Shown here: positions 9,939 to 19,194 of the stretch, piece after piece | Layout: every line of letters begins with the position of its first letter | Position numbering within the stretch: position 1 is the first letter of the stretch | Assembly (NCBI GenBank): GCA_050293845.1 | Contig: JBNKNM010000002.1 | Span: forward strand, 1 to 64,000 | Source: Pseudobacteriovorax sp. | GTDB lineage: Bacteria; Bdellovibrionota_B; Oligoflexia; Oligoflexales; Oligoflexaceae | Length of the DNA: 64,000 nt | Direction of reading: 5' to 3' | Translations under genes and position numbers: made by a program | The notes under the pieces: model-generated | What the model saw: the letters and a program-made list of their open reading frames with translations, nothing else | Database searches by the model: none | Told to the model about the DNA's origin: nothing

Positions 9939-11027
9939 CTGACTTTCCAATTCTTCAAGATCTGGGTGCGCTTGTAAGCCACTCCCATGGGTACCAGATA
10001 TTTTTTTGGCTTCGAATACTAGGTGGGAGTACTCTGGGTCTCCAGAAGCCAGGCGAGAGAATTTTTGGAAATAATTTTTTGAAGATTCAGGATTTGATTT
10101 TTCAAAAGCTTTGCCTAGATAGTACAGGGCTTCGACTAAGCCAGGCTTAATTCTCATGGCTCGTTCTAAATAGGATATAGCGATATCTACACGATCCCCT
10201 TTTTCAAGAAGAATTTTCGCTAGCCCAAGAAGAGCGCCGGCAAGTAGAGGTTGGTCCTTTAAGGCTTCACGAAAAGAAGCTTCAGCTTTTTCCTTGTCAC
10301 CGAAGCTAAGATAAATGTCGCCAATAACACTTTTCAAATAGGGCTTTTGGGATGATGTTGCTGCAAGTAACTGCTGTCTAGCACGATTCAAAGCTTTTTT
10401 GTGATAACCCATTTTGTTGAGAACACGCGCCATGATGATAGCGACCTGTACATCATTGGAGTTAGTTTTTTCCAGCTTATCGATGGTGCTGAGAGCCGCA
10501 CGATAGTAGCGAATCTTGTAGTAACTCCACGCCAAAGCCTTCAAGGCTAGTTTATTATTGTTATCAGCAGAAAGAGCCATCTTGTAGCGGAATATGGCAT
10601 CAGCATAGCGATCCTGGGTTCTGTAAGCTTCTGCTAAATAATAATTTGCATCATAGTCTGAACGAATGTCGTCGATAATAAACTCGAGATGCCTAATAGC
10701 TAGTCGATAACGGCCAATTTTTACATAGACGATTCCCATCATACGGTGGGATTCAAGATCACCACGATCTATACGGAGAGCCTTCTTATAATGATCTATA
10801 GCTTCGCGATACAGCCCATCTGTAGCATACTGATTTCCTAAAGCCACATATTTTTTCTTTTTTTCGATCCTTTTCTTATTTCTGCTCATAGGAGCTTTTG
10901 CTGGAGTTGTCGATTTCGAAGGAGCTACAGCTTCTTTTTTAGTAATATTAGTTTTAATGGTTTTTGGTGAATGATGAAAGCACGCAGTAATCAAAAAAAC
11001 TATCAATAGCATGCGCTGGGGAATCAT
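9933..11027 (-). CDS. TPR-repeat putative lipoprotein
   Basis: Lipobox-like ITAC; repeated TPR patterns (LG..Y...G.Y.EA...YKKAL, ALYYLG). Confidence 0.88.
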   Translation of the reverse strand: MIPQRMLLIVFLITACFHHSPKTIKTNITKKEAVAPSKSTTPAKAPMSRNKKRIEKKKKYVALGNQYATDGLYREAIDHYKKALRIDRGDLESHRMMGIVYVKIGRYRLAIRHLEFIIDDIRSDYDANYYLAEAYRTQDRYADAIFRYKMALSADNNNKLALKALAWSYYKIRYYRAALSTIDKLEKTNSNDVQVAIIMARVLNKMGYHKKALNRARQQLLAATSSQKPYLKSVIGDIYLSFGDKEKAEASFREALKDQPLLAGALLGLAKILLEKGDRVDIAISYLERAMRIKPGLVEALYYLGKAFEKSNPESSKNYFQKFSRLASGDPEYSHLVFEAKKISGTHGSGLQAHPDLEELESQL

Positions 11028-11105
11028 GAAATCATGGTCCTCGAAAAATTATTGCTAGTTATATTTTATACTGATTCGGTGATAGAACAAAGTGCAGTTT
11101 ATGAA

Positions 11106-11465
11106 TTAGTCTGTGATATAGTACTCTTCAAATAAAGACCAGCATTTTTCATCAGACGAATAAAAAGAGAGTATGATATGCTTATTTTTGAGGTCTTTAT
11201 ATCTGGCTGATTTATAGGTATAATAACGCAGTCGTAAACGGCCGCTTTTTCCTGAGACTAGGCTATCGGGGATAGGCATAAATTCATCTAGGTAATAGCA
11301 TTCGTTAGCAGTATTCTTAATGAATGGAAGCGTCACACCAAATTCTGGTTTTTCCTCGATGGCTATTGTTTGGCAAGAAACAAGACTAAAAATCAAACCG
11401 ATGTTAACAAAATATAGAAATCGACGAAATGGCATCTGAATTCCAAGTGTTAATATTGGCGACAA
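11106..11465 (-). CDS. Hypothetical lipoprotein
   Basis: Lipobox LVSC after a hydrophobic stretch; the true start may be the internal ATG (MPFRRF). Confidence 0.7.
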   Translation of the reverse strand: MSPILTLGIQMPFRRFLYFVNIGLIFSLVSCQTIAIEEKPEFGVTLPFIKNTANECYYLDEFMPIPDSLVSGKSGRLRLRYYTYKSARYKDLKNKHIILSFYSSDEKCWSLFEEYYITD

Positions 11466-11507
11466 TAAATTTTCGATCTATCGCAAAAAAACTTTAGGAT
11501 AGCTATC

Positions 11508-12695
11508 ATGAAGACATATAAAACACTGTTAATAATGAATATTTTTCTTCAATCTTGTCAAAGCTTCAAGTCAGATCTCAAGTCTAACTGGAAGGTTCTG
11601 CAAGAAGCGGATTCCACTTCATGCGAGAAGTGGCCCCGGCGATCACAGGATTTAGAAATTTATAAAATGACACCTGTTATTATCGATAGGCCGGGATTTA
11701 TTGTTCAATCAAAAACCAGATCGGGATTGTTAGAGGCTTACTTTGCACCTTTTGCCGGTGATAATATTAATCTAAAGAAACATTTCAACTTGCGCTGGGG
11801 AGTCCATTCTCGGTTCTTAGGGCATTTTAAATACGAGGGTAAAGATCATATTGTTCTGGAGGTTGAAGATAAGAAAGGTGTTAAGTCCATAGAAGTACGA
11901 GACCCGAAGTCTAATGTAGTCAAGTATAGTAGCTCCACGAATTTGAGAAAATTTTACGGAACTGGAATTTTTAGTTCACCGCATGGATTTTGGATTACCT
12001 ATAAAATCCATGAACCTAGTTTGTCTCTTGATGAAGTAGATAACTTTGTTATGGAAGCCCAGTTGGGTGAAAAGTCGACTATGAAACTAGTTAAGCAATC
12101 AAAGTTTCATCCAAAAGGTGAGATTAAAGCTGTAGAGATGATGGATAGAAAATTGATGGTTTTTGTGTTTGAACCTGATAAAAACAAAAATGGTGCGGGT
12201 CGTATTATGTACACTATTTTAGATGGTTCCAATAATAAACCGCTCATCTATACAGTCGGGAAAGAAGTGTTAGAGAGAGTTGAAAGTTGGGCCATCAGTC
12301 GTCATCGAGACGGTGCTTTACTGGTTTTTATTTCAGGAGATACCCTTATATGGGAAAATGCTAAGCTGGAGATTTATAATATGGATAGCTTAGGTGATGT
12401 TCTATGGACTAAATCATTTCCCATAGAGCATGAGCATGTGGGTGATCCCTTACTAGTAGGCTCCACGTTGGAAAGTTACCTAATTTTACCCAAATGGTTA
12501 GATAGCGAAAGTACTTTAGAAGTACAAAAGATTACCGCTTCGGAAGTGAAGCCTTTGGGATATCACGGTATATTTAAGGAAGGTACTTACACTTCTGGAA
12601 CTTATTTAGATTTAGAAAAAAATAGTCTTTTTGTCATCAATCAATTTCCTGACGGATTTATCAAGAGCCAAGCGATATGTGAAATTGATCTGTGA
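11508..12695 (+). CDS. Hypothetical beta-rich lipoprotein
   Basis: Lipobox-like LQSC; long uninterrupted ORF. Confidence 0.75.
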   Translation: MKTYKTLLIMNIFLQSCQSFKSDLKSNWKVLQEADSTSCEKWPRRSQDLEIYKMTPVIIDRPGFIVQSKTRSGLLEAYFAPFAGDNINLKKHFNLRWGVHSRFLGHFKYEGKDHIVLEVEDKKGVKSIEVRDPKSNVVKYSSSTNLRKFYGTGIFSSPHGFWITYKIHEPSLSLDEVDNFVMEAQLGEKSTMKLVKQSKFHPKGEIKAVEMMDRKLMVFVFEPDKNKNGAGRIMYTILDGSNNKPLIYTVGKEVLERVESWAISRHRDGALLVFISGDTLIWENAKLEIYNMDSLGDVLWTKSFPIEHEHVGDPLLVGSTLESYLILPKWLDSESTLEVQKITASEVKPLGYHGIFKEGTYTSGTYLDLEKNSLFVINQFPDGFIKSQAICEIDL

Positions 12696-12701
12696 GGTTT
12701 C

Positions 12702-13337
12702 ATGATAGGCTTGTGGATTATTGAGCAGAAGGGACCTGTAGGAGAAACGATAGCCCCCCTACTTCAAGGGGAATTTCTGCTGCGTTTGATTGCATCCGAA
12801 AAAAATCTGCTGAACCTTATTAGAATTTGTCGTGTGGAAGATTTACCCGCTTTAATTCTAATAAACGGTTGTCAGAATTTTAGTCGAAAACTAAATTGGA
12901 GAAGGTTGCGAAGTCAGCTTCCTTACAAAACTTTGCTGGCGGTCTATGGTTTTGATCCACAGCATGATGCTATCTCTGAGTTGCAATGCAGTAGAGAAAG
13001 ACTGCCATTTACAGTCAAGTTCCTAGTCCAGAACTCCTTATTATCTCCAGTAGATTCGAGATTATCGGTGGACTTTGAGTCGAGAACTTTATCTGTTCCT
13101 GGGTGCGCAGAAAAAATATCCTTATCCCATATTGAAGCAAAAATATTAAAGGTGTTATTAGGTTCACGAGAAGAGACGATCACGCGAGATCACCTGATTC
13201 AGCAAGCGTGGGAAGGAGCTGTTGTCTCTCGCAGAACTATTGACTCCCATATCTCTAGGCTTAGAAAAAAACTAAAAAGCATCCCTTTAGAAATCGAAGG
13301 GATCTATGGTGGTGGTTATAGGATTATGGACATCTAA
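12702..13337 (+). CDS. OmpR/PhoB-type winged-helix regulator with degenerate receiver domain
   Basis: C-terminal LSHIEAKIL..., SRRTIDSHISRLRKKL, GGGYR; N-terminal receiver lacks the phospho-Asp. Confidence 0.85.
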   Translation: MIGLWIIEQKGPVGETIAPLLQGEFLLRLIASEKNLLNLIRICRVEDLPALILINGCQNFSRKLNWRRLRSQLPYKTLLAVYGFDPQHDAISELQCSRERLPFTVKFLVQNSLLSPVDSRLSVDFESRTLSVPGCAEKISLSHIEAKILKVLLGSREETITRDHLIQQAWEGAVVSRRTIDSHISRLRKKLKSIPLEIEGIYGGGYRIMDI

Positions 13338-13586
13338 GCCCCTGCTATTGCGGGCAACAATAGCCTTACACTCTACAGTGGGGAAATGAGTCTCTATTGT
13401 GGATTTGACCCAAGCAGTGGTTTGGGTATCCAAAGAACAGATAGCGCAGGCTCCCCCCAGGGCTATGGTGAGGGTTTGACCGTCAAAATCTATGATCTCA
13501 ACAGTTCCACCATGCTTGCCGACCCCAGGTGTAATATGGGACTCCATAAACTCCTGAATTTTATTAAGATTATCGATATTTATCAT
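13287..13586 (-). CDS. NifU/Nfu C-terminal domain protein (Fe-S carrier)
   Basis: ITP...HGGTVEI, LGGACAICS (CxxC). Confidence 0.85.
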   Translation of the reverse strand: MINIDNLNKIQEFMESHITPGVGKHGGTVEIIDFDGQTLTIALGGACAICSLDTQTTAWVKSTIETHFPTVECKAIVARNSRGLDVHNPITTTIDPFDF

Positions 13587-13936
13587 TTTTGCCCCTGATT
13601 TAAGATTTTTTGCCAGGCTTGACGCTTATAAAATTTGCCCCGGAATTTTTTTTGATTGTGGTTGTGCACTAAAAATCCGCGCCCCCTGTCATCATCTACC
13701 CACGTTATCGTCACATCCTTACAAAATATGTAGCTTTCAGAATCGATAATAATGGAGATAGTATCTTGTTTGAACATGAGATCGCTCTCTTCAGGATCAT
13801 CAAAAGTGACCCCATAGTAAAAACCATCACAGCCTTTTCCCTCGATGTAGAGACGCAGTGATTTGTTACGAAAATCATCATGACTTGCTTGATATGTTAA
13901 AGCTTGTTGATAGGCATCATGATCTAGTTTTATCAT
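13583..13936 (-). CDS. HesB/IscA (A-type carrier)-like protein lacking the C-terminal CxC
   Basis: LRLYIEGKGCDGFYYGVTFD, IIIDSES, GF.V.N; no CGCG. Confidence 0.8.
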   Translation of the reverse strand: MIKLDHDAYQQALTYQASHDDFRNKSLRLYIEGKGCDGFYYGVTFDDPEESDLMFKQDTISIIIDSESYIFCKDVTITWVDDDRGRGFLVHNHNQKKFRGKFYKRQAWQKILNQGQK

Positions 13937-14912
13937 GGGAACCTCCCTGTATGTATAGAGATTTTACGAAGTTACGAGCTGCTTCGCGAGGGGTTGCTGT
14001 ATTGCTAGCAACTTGTGTTTTATACTGTTCGAAGCACTGGGAAGTATTTCTGTCATCCTGAATGGTCTCGAGTATGAGCCGCGACACTTCCTCTTGGTAC
14101 CATTGTACAGTCTGCTGATTGCGGTTGCTTGAAAATTGTCCGCTGACTTTGCGTTCATGCACTAAATCATCCAATCGCTTTGTCAGTGCGTCGATGCCAA
14201 TGTTCTCCAGGGCACTGACGAGAAGGACATGAGGTTTTGACTGCGGTTTTTGTTTATAGATGAGGTTTAATGCCAGTTCCAGATCCACCTTAGCTCTTTG
14301 GGCTGCGAGTTTGTTTTTACCGTCGGCCTTATTGATAAGGATTAAGTCAGCGACCTCCAAGATTCCTTTTTTAATACCTTGCAACTCATCGCCGGCATTC
14401 GGTAGCTGTAAATAAACAAAAACATCCACCATCGAACGAACGGTATATTCCGATTGGCCAACCCCAACGGTTTCCACAATAATAAAATCATAACCAGCCG
14501 CTTCACAGAGCAGTATCGCTTCCCTGGTATTTCGTGCGACTCCCCCTAAAGTGGTGCCAGCTGGGCTGGGGCGGATAAAGGCCTCCTGCTGACTAGCAAG
14601 CTGCTGCATTCTGGTTTTGTCACCTAGTATGCTACCTGCAGATAGGGGGGATGAGGGGTCCACAGCAAGAACAGCCAGTTTTTTACCAGCAGCAATCAGT
14701 TTCATACCCAAAGTTTCAATAAAGGTGCTTTTACCGACTCCCGGTGTACCGCTGATGCCGATACGGACTGACTTTCCCGCATAGGGGAGGCTGTCCTGTA
14801 GGGTCTTATCGGCTTGGGCCCGTCTTGCTGGGGATTTACTTTCTACTAGGGTAATAGCTTGGCCCAGGGCGCGGCGATTTCCCGCTATGAGTTTTTTAAC
14901 AAGTGTATCCAC
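13917..14912 (-). CDS. meaB: Methylmalonyl-CoA mutase-associated GTPase MeaB (ArgK)
   Basis: GTPGVGKST, AVDPSS, LGDKTRM, ETVGVGQSE, NKAD; adjacent to the mutase. Confidence 0.96.
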   Translation of the reverse strand: MDTLVKKLIAGNRRALGQAITLVESKSPARRAQADKTLQDSLPYAGKSVRIGISGTPGVGKSTFIETLGMKLIAAGKKLAVLAVDPSSPLSAGSILGDKTRMQQLASQQEAFIRPSPAGTTLGGVARNTREAILLCEAAGYDFIIVETVGVGQSEYTVRSMVDVFVYLQLPNAGDELQGIKKGILEVADLILINKADGKNKLAAQRAKVDLELALNLIYKQKPQSKPHVLLVSALENIGIDALTKRLDDLVHERKVSGQFSSNRNQQTVQWYQEEVSRLILETIQDDRNTSQCFEQYKTQVASNTATPREAARNFVKSLYIQGGSHDKTRS

Positions 14913-14913
14913 C

Positions 14914-17055
14914 TTATCCTCTGGCTTTTTCGATCGTCTTGATAGTTTCTATGGCTGCTAAAGGGATGGGTGTTCCAGGGCCGAAAATGGCGCCGGCCCC
15001 TTGGCTGTAAAGAAACTCATAATCTTGCTCGGGTATGATCCCTCCGACAACGATCTGGATATCTCCAGCACCTTCCTTTTTCAGAGCTGTCTTGAGAGCC
15101 GGTACTAGGGTTTTATGGCCGGCTGCTTGCGATGATACTCCAATGACATGGACATCATTCTCGATCGCTTGTTTGGCTGCTTCCTCTGGAGTTTGGAAGA
15201 GCGGCCCCATATCCACATCAAAGCCAAGGTCAGCAAAACCGGTGGCAATAACCTTAGCACCACGGTCATGGCCGTCCTGGCCCAATTTTACAATAAGAAT
15301 ACGGGGCTGTCGGCCCTCTGTTGAGGCAAACTCTTTAATGGCATCCTTAGCAGTTTCAAACTGTTCATCCACTTGATATTCCCCGGAGTACACGCTTGTT
15401 ACGGTGCGGATCGTAGCCTTATGCTCGCCAAATACTTTCCTGAGTGTATCAGATACTTCGCCTACGGTGGCACGAACTCGCATCGCCTCAATAGCAGCTG
15501 CCAGGAGGTTACCCTTACCAGCAGCAACCGCTTCAAGTTCTTGCAGACGTTTAGCAACCTCGTCGTTGTTCCTGGTTTTTTTAAGTTCATGCAAGCGTTT
15601 GATTTGGGATTCCCTGACAGCCGTATTGTCGATATCTAGGACCTCATAGGAGCTTTTTTCTTGCGTGCGATATTTATTGATCCCGACGATTGTGGATTGC
15701 GCACTGTCGATGCGGGCTTGCTTTTTTGCAGCGGCTTCTTCGATTTTAAGCTTAGGAAACCCTGACTGAATCGCTTCAACCATACCACCCAATCCATCAA
15801 TCTCCTTGATGATCTCTTTTGCCTTATTCACCAGTTTAGCAGTAAGCGATTCCATAAAATAACTGCCACCAAAGGGGTCTACAACATGGGTTAAGTCGGT
15901 CTCCTCTTGGACAATGAGCTGGGTATTGCGGGCGAGCCGGGCTGAAAATGGAGTGGGCAGTCCCACAGCTTCATCAAAGGAGTTGGTGTGCAGGGATTGC
16001 GTTCCACCCAGGGTGGCTGCCATGGCCTCAATAGTGGTTCTGATGATGTTATTATAGGGATCTTGTTCTGTTAAAGTATAACCTGAGGTTTGGCAGTGCG
16101 TTCTTAATATCAACGATTTTGGATTTTGCGGTTTGAATTCACCCATTAATTGGGACCAAAGAGTTCTCGCAGCTCTTAATTTAGCGATTTCCATATAAAA
16201 ATTCATGCCTATGGCAAAGAAAAAAGATAGCCGCGGGGCAAAATCGTCCACATGCAAACCGCGGTTGAGGGCGGCTTTAACATATTCGACACCATCAGCC
16301 AAAGTGAAGGCCAACTCTATGGCTGAGTCAGCTCCCGCCTCCTGAATGTGATAACCGCTAATACTGATGCTATTAAATTTAGGCATGTGCTTAGCGGTGT
16401 ATTCGATAATATCTTCGACGATGCGCATGGAGGGTCGGGGAGGATAAATATAGGTATTGCGCACCATATATTCTTTTAGAATGTCATTTTGAATGGTTCC
16501 AGACAGCTTTTCGAGGCTTACCGCTTGCTCCTCACCAGCAACAATAAAGGCGGCAAGTATAGGAATAACGGCCCCGTTCATCGTCATGGAAACGCTCATT
16601 TTATCTAAGGGAATTTGGTCGAATAAGATCTTCATATCTTCTACAGAATCGATGGCTACTCCAGCCTTGCCAACATCTCCAATGACACGGGGGTGATCTG
16701 AGTCATAACCGCGGTGGGTGGCCAGATCGAAGGCGACACTCAGTCCCTTTTGACCGGCTTTAAGATTTTGGCGATAGAACCGATTGGACTCTTCAGCTGT
16801 AGAAAATCCAGCGTATTGACGTATAGTCCAGGGCCGGTATGTATACATCGTGGCGCGAGGCCCGCGGGTAAAAGGGGCTTCGCCCGGAATATTGCGGGTA
16901 TGGGGCAAGGATTCAATATCTTCCTGAAAATATATGGGCTTGATATCTATCCCCTCAGGAGTATGGCGTACCAAAGTTTCAGGGTCTTGCCCCTTAAGAT
17001 CTTTTCTAGCCAATTCCTTCCATGATTCATAGGAGCTGCCATTGGGATTTTTCAT
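14914..17055 (-). CDS. scpA: Methylmalonyl-CoA mutase (B12-dependent, ScpA/Sbm type)
   Basis: [19 protein letters not shown] (DxHxxG) B12-binding motif; start reassigned to ATG 17055 (MKNPN) behind AGGAG rather than 17121. Confidence 0.96.
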   Translation of the reverse strand: MKNPNGSSYESWKELARKDLKGQDPETLVRHTPEGIDIKPIYFQEDIESLPHTRNIPGEAPFTRGPRATMYTYRPWTIRQYAGFSTAEESNRFYRQNLKAGQKGLSVAFDLATHRGYDSDHPRVIGDVGKAGVAIDSVEDMKILFDQIPLDKMSVSMTMNGAVIPILAAFIVAGEEQAVSLEKLSGTIQNDILKEYMVRNTYIYPPRPSMRIVEDIIEYTAKHMPKFNSISISGYHIQEAGADSAIELAFTLADGVEYVKAALNRGLHVDDFAPRLSFFFAIGMNFYMEIAKLRAARTLWSQLMGEFKPQNPKSLILRTHCQTSGYTLTEQDPYNNIIRTTIEAMAATLGGTQSLHTNSFDEAVGLPTPFSARLARNTQLIVQEETDLTHVVDPFGGSYFMESLTAKLVNKAKEIIKEIDGLGGMVEAIQSGFPKLKIEEAAAKKQARIDSAQSTIVGINKYRTQEKSSYEVLDIDNTAVRESQIKRLHELKKTRNNDEVAKRLQELEAVAAGKGNLLAAAIEAMRVRATVGEVSDTLRKVFGEHKATIRTVTSVYSGEYQVDEQFETAKDAIKEFASTEGRQPRILIVKLGQDGHDRGAKVIATGFADLGFDVDMGPLFQTPEEAAKQAIENDVHVIGVSSQAAGHKTLVPALKTALKKEGAGDIQIVVGGIIPEQDYEFLYSQGAGAIFGPGTPIPLAAIETIKTIEKARG

Positions 17056-17460
17056 TAAATTTCTCCTGGAAACCCGGTTCGTTAGGGCCGGGAGGAATGG
17101 AGAAGCCCTGCGGCGAGCCATCGCATCTTAGCTGCGAAATTCTCCATCAAAGTTAATGTAATATTGCTAGCTGATAGCCTTGGGATACCAGCTTTGACCT
17201 TAACTAAGTGGGCCATGGATATCTCCGAGGGATATCCACTAGATCTTAATGGCGTCGATGTTCTGCGGTTTAAAAACCGGGGCTTCCGATATCTAGTTTT
17301 TCTTCCCGGCCTTGATCTGCGGTACATACGCCTCTGATTCCTCTTATCCTTAATGAATACCTCTCCTTGAAGAGGGGACTCTCGTGATGATTCCATTGCA
17401 TCTTGAGCCATCGATGGCGAAGATTGTAGTCAATATGCAAAGGATATTCTATAGATTGAT
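17056..17460 (-). mobile_element. iscB: Eroded IS200/IS605-family IscB element remnant (pseudogene fragment plus terminal hairpin)
   Basis: RRMYRRSRPGRKTRYRKPRFLNR (17333-17265) is the IscB bridge-helix signature; frameshifted TIFAIDGSRCNGI resembles RuvC-I; end motif TTCCTCCCGG-N10-CCGGGTTTCC; the far (omega-RNA-side) boundary near 17460 is approximate. Confidence 0.8.
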
Positions 17461-17490
17461 CAAATTCGCTTTGCAAGGAAGGATGGGTAA

Positions 17491-18222
17491 ATGAAGTGGA
17501 CAAGTCATAGGGGATTGTGCGTTGATTGCGTGGAGAATACCCGTGGATCTTTCAAAAGAGCCATCGAGGCGGGTTTTTATGGGTTAGAAACGGACTTACG
17601 CTGCACCCAGGACGGAGTCATCGTGCTCCATCATGATCGGTCCATGGACAGGACGGCGGGTCTGGCGAAGAATATTGACGAGATGGTTTTTGAGGAATTT
17701 TCTTCCGTAGTTTTGACTGATAATCAAAAAGGATTGAGTTTTTTAGAGTTTATAGAAGAGTTTGCTGCCTTTCATTGGATATTTGATGTGAAGCCAGAAA
17801 CAGCGACACAAGTAATCGAAGCTCTTAAGGGGTGGTGCCAGAAAACAGGAGCAGAATCCTGGTTGCTGTCCCATAGCCGCTTCCTACTTTGGTCTGAGCG
17901 CCATGAGTGCTATTTAAAGCGGTTATTCCCCAAAGCAACGACTTTAGCAAGGGAGGCTGAGTGCCAACGTGCTGGTATATCGCTGCTTTTGGGTCTTGGA
18001 AAAGTTGCGGGGATTAAAAAAGGTCGTATTTACGCCCTTCCTCCCCAATTTTTAGGCTTAAAACTTTTTAAAAAATCGTTTATTGAAAAGTATCAGCGCC
18101 GAGGTGCTAAAGTTCTGGCATACTTGCCAGAACATGATGGTGAAGTAGCAGCAGCGATGCGAGCTGGAGTCGATGAAATCCTGACTAATGGAAAGCCATG
18201 CAATTTAAATATCTCCTCTTAG
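17491..18222 (+). CDS. Glycerophosphodiester phosphodiesterase (GDPD) family protein
   Basis: SHRG, ENT, ETDLR.T.DG..VLHHD, GVDEILTN. Confidence 0.9.
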   Translation: MKWTSHRGLCVDCVENTRGSFKRAIEAGFYGLETDLRCTQDGVIVLHHDRSMDRTAGLAKNIDEMVFEEFSSVVLTDNQKGLSFLEFIEEFAAFHWIFDVKPETATQVIEALKGWCQKTGAESWLLSHSRFLLWSERHECYLKRLFPKATTLAREAECQRAGISLLLGLGKVAGIKKGRIYALPPQFLGLKLFKKSFIEKYQRRGAKVLAYLPEHDGEVAAAMRAGVDEILTNGKPCNLNISS

Positions 18223-19040
18223 GGTGTCTTTATTACATCCTTTGCGCTCCCCAAGTTGCGGGGCGGGAAAGCAAGGAAGAAAAACGCCAGCATACCTACA
18301 GGCTCCGCAGGTTTATACAGCTTGTTGACTTTACTATGGACGATCACGGGCAGCCCGCATCGTTGAGAAAGGCTAGGGTGTCTGAATTGTCTGAAATGTT
18401 TGCTTTAGTAAAGGCGAAGCTTTCGCAGAAACGAGGCGATGATTTCAATAATTATTTTGCAGCCTATCAGAGCTCTTTAATGACAGCTATGGCAAAAGAT
18501 TCACGACCACATCGGGAGGCTTTTCTCGCCCTGAGATCCCAAACATTGAAGATGTTTAAGGTGGTGTCTACGCCAGCTTTGGTACCTGATAATGACTTAG
18601 GACATCAAACCTATGTCAAATTCTGTATGAGCTGCCATGGAAAAGCAGGCCGTGGGGATGGGAGGTTTACCCAGAATCCTAGCATGCCAATGGTGCCTAG
18701 TCCGAAGGACTTTTCGCAGCAGATAGACGCTGGCGTGCGTTCGCCTTTTTCGTACTTCAACACTCTTCTTATGGGATCACCGGGAACTGCTATGAGATCT
18801 TACGAAAAATCTCTGACCAAGCACGAAATGTGGTCTTTAGCGTTTTTCATTGCGAAATATCCTGATATTATTGGTGAAAGCTATGCTCCCCCCTACTCCA
18901 TGTCAGTCACTCTGAACGATCTTGCCACAAAGACAAATGCTGACCTCGTGCACGCCCTCTCTCCTGGTGGAAACAATAGGAAATTTCTCTACTATATGAG
19001 AAATGTTGCGAGTTTCTCAAAAAAACTTCCTCGCAAGTAG
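18198..19040 (+). CDS. Exported monoheme c-type cytochrome (FTR1/PbrT cytochrome-domain-like)
   Basis: Signal peptide, CMSCHG..G.GDG, P.DF, G.PGTAM, W.LAFF. Confidence 0.85.
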   Translation: MQFKYLLLGCLYYILCAPQVAGRESKEEKRQHTYRLRRFIQLVDFTMDDHGQPASLRKARVSELSEMFALVKAKLSQKRGDDFNNYFAAYQSSLMTAMAKDSRPHREAFLALRSQTLKMFKVVSTPALVPDNDLGHQTYVKFCMSCHGKAGRGDGRFTQNPSMPMVPSPKDFSQQIDAGVRSPFSYFNTLLMGSPGTAMRSYEKSLTKHEMWSLAFFIAKYPDIIGESYAPPYSMSVTLNDLATKTNADLVHALSPGGNNRKFLYYMRNVASFSKKLPRK

Positions 19041-19194
19041 TAATCTCATCTTATCTTCATGTTTTTGCTTCTATAGAGCTGAGAAGATGGGCTTGTCAGA
19101 TACATAGGAGCTGTATTATACCTAGCCCACAATTTTTAGACAGGAATCGTTAGAGCCTTTAAAAGCACTTTTGCATTTTATACGAGGTGTACCA

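Noticed and set aside
17056..17121. 22-aa N-terminal extension of the mutase in the ORF track (MARRRASP...)
   Set aside because: It reads through the transposon-end hairpin; ATG 17055 has a well-spaced AGGAG and gives a typical ScpA length
17082..17411. Functional IscB/IsrB nuclease
   Set aside because: Only 109 aa; RuvC-I-like motif is out of frame; no PLMP, HNH, RuvC-II/III, convincing omega-RNA or tnpA
17056..17490. Cobalamin riboswitch upstream of the B12-dependent mutase
   Set aside because: No B12-box or conserved core recognisable; the region is better explained as an IscB remnant
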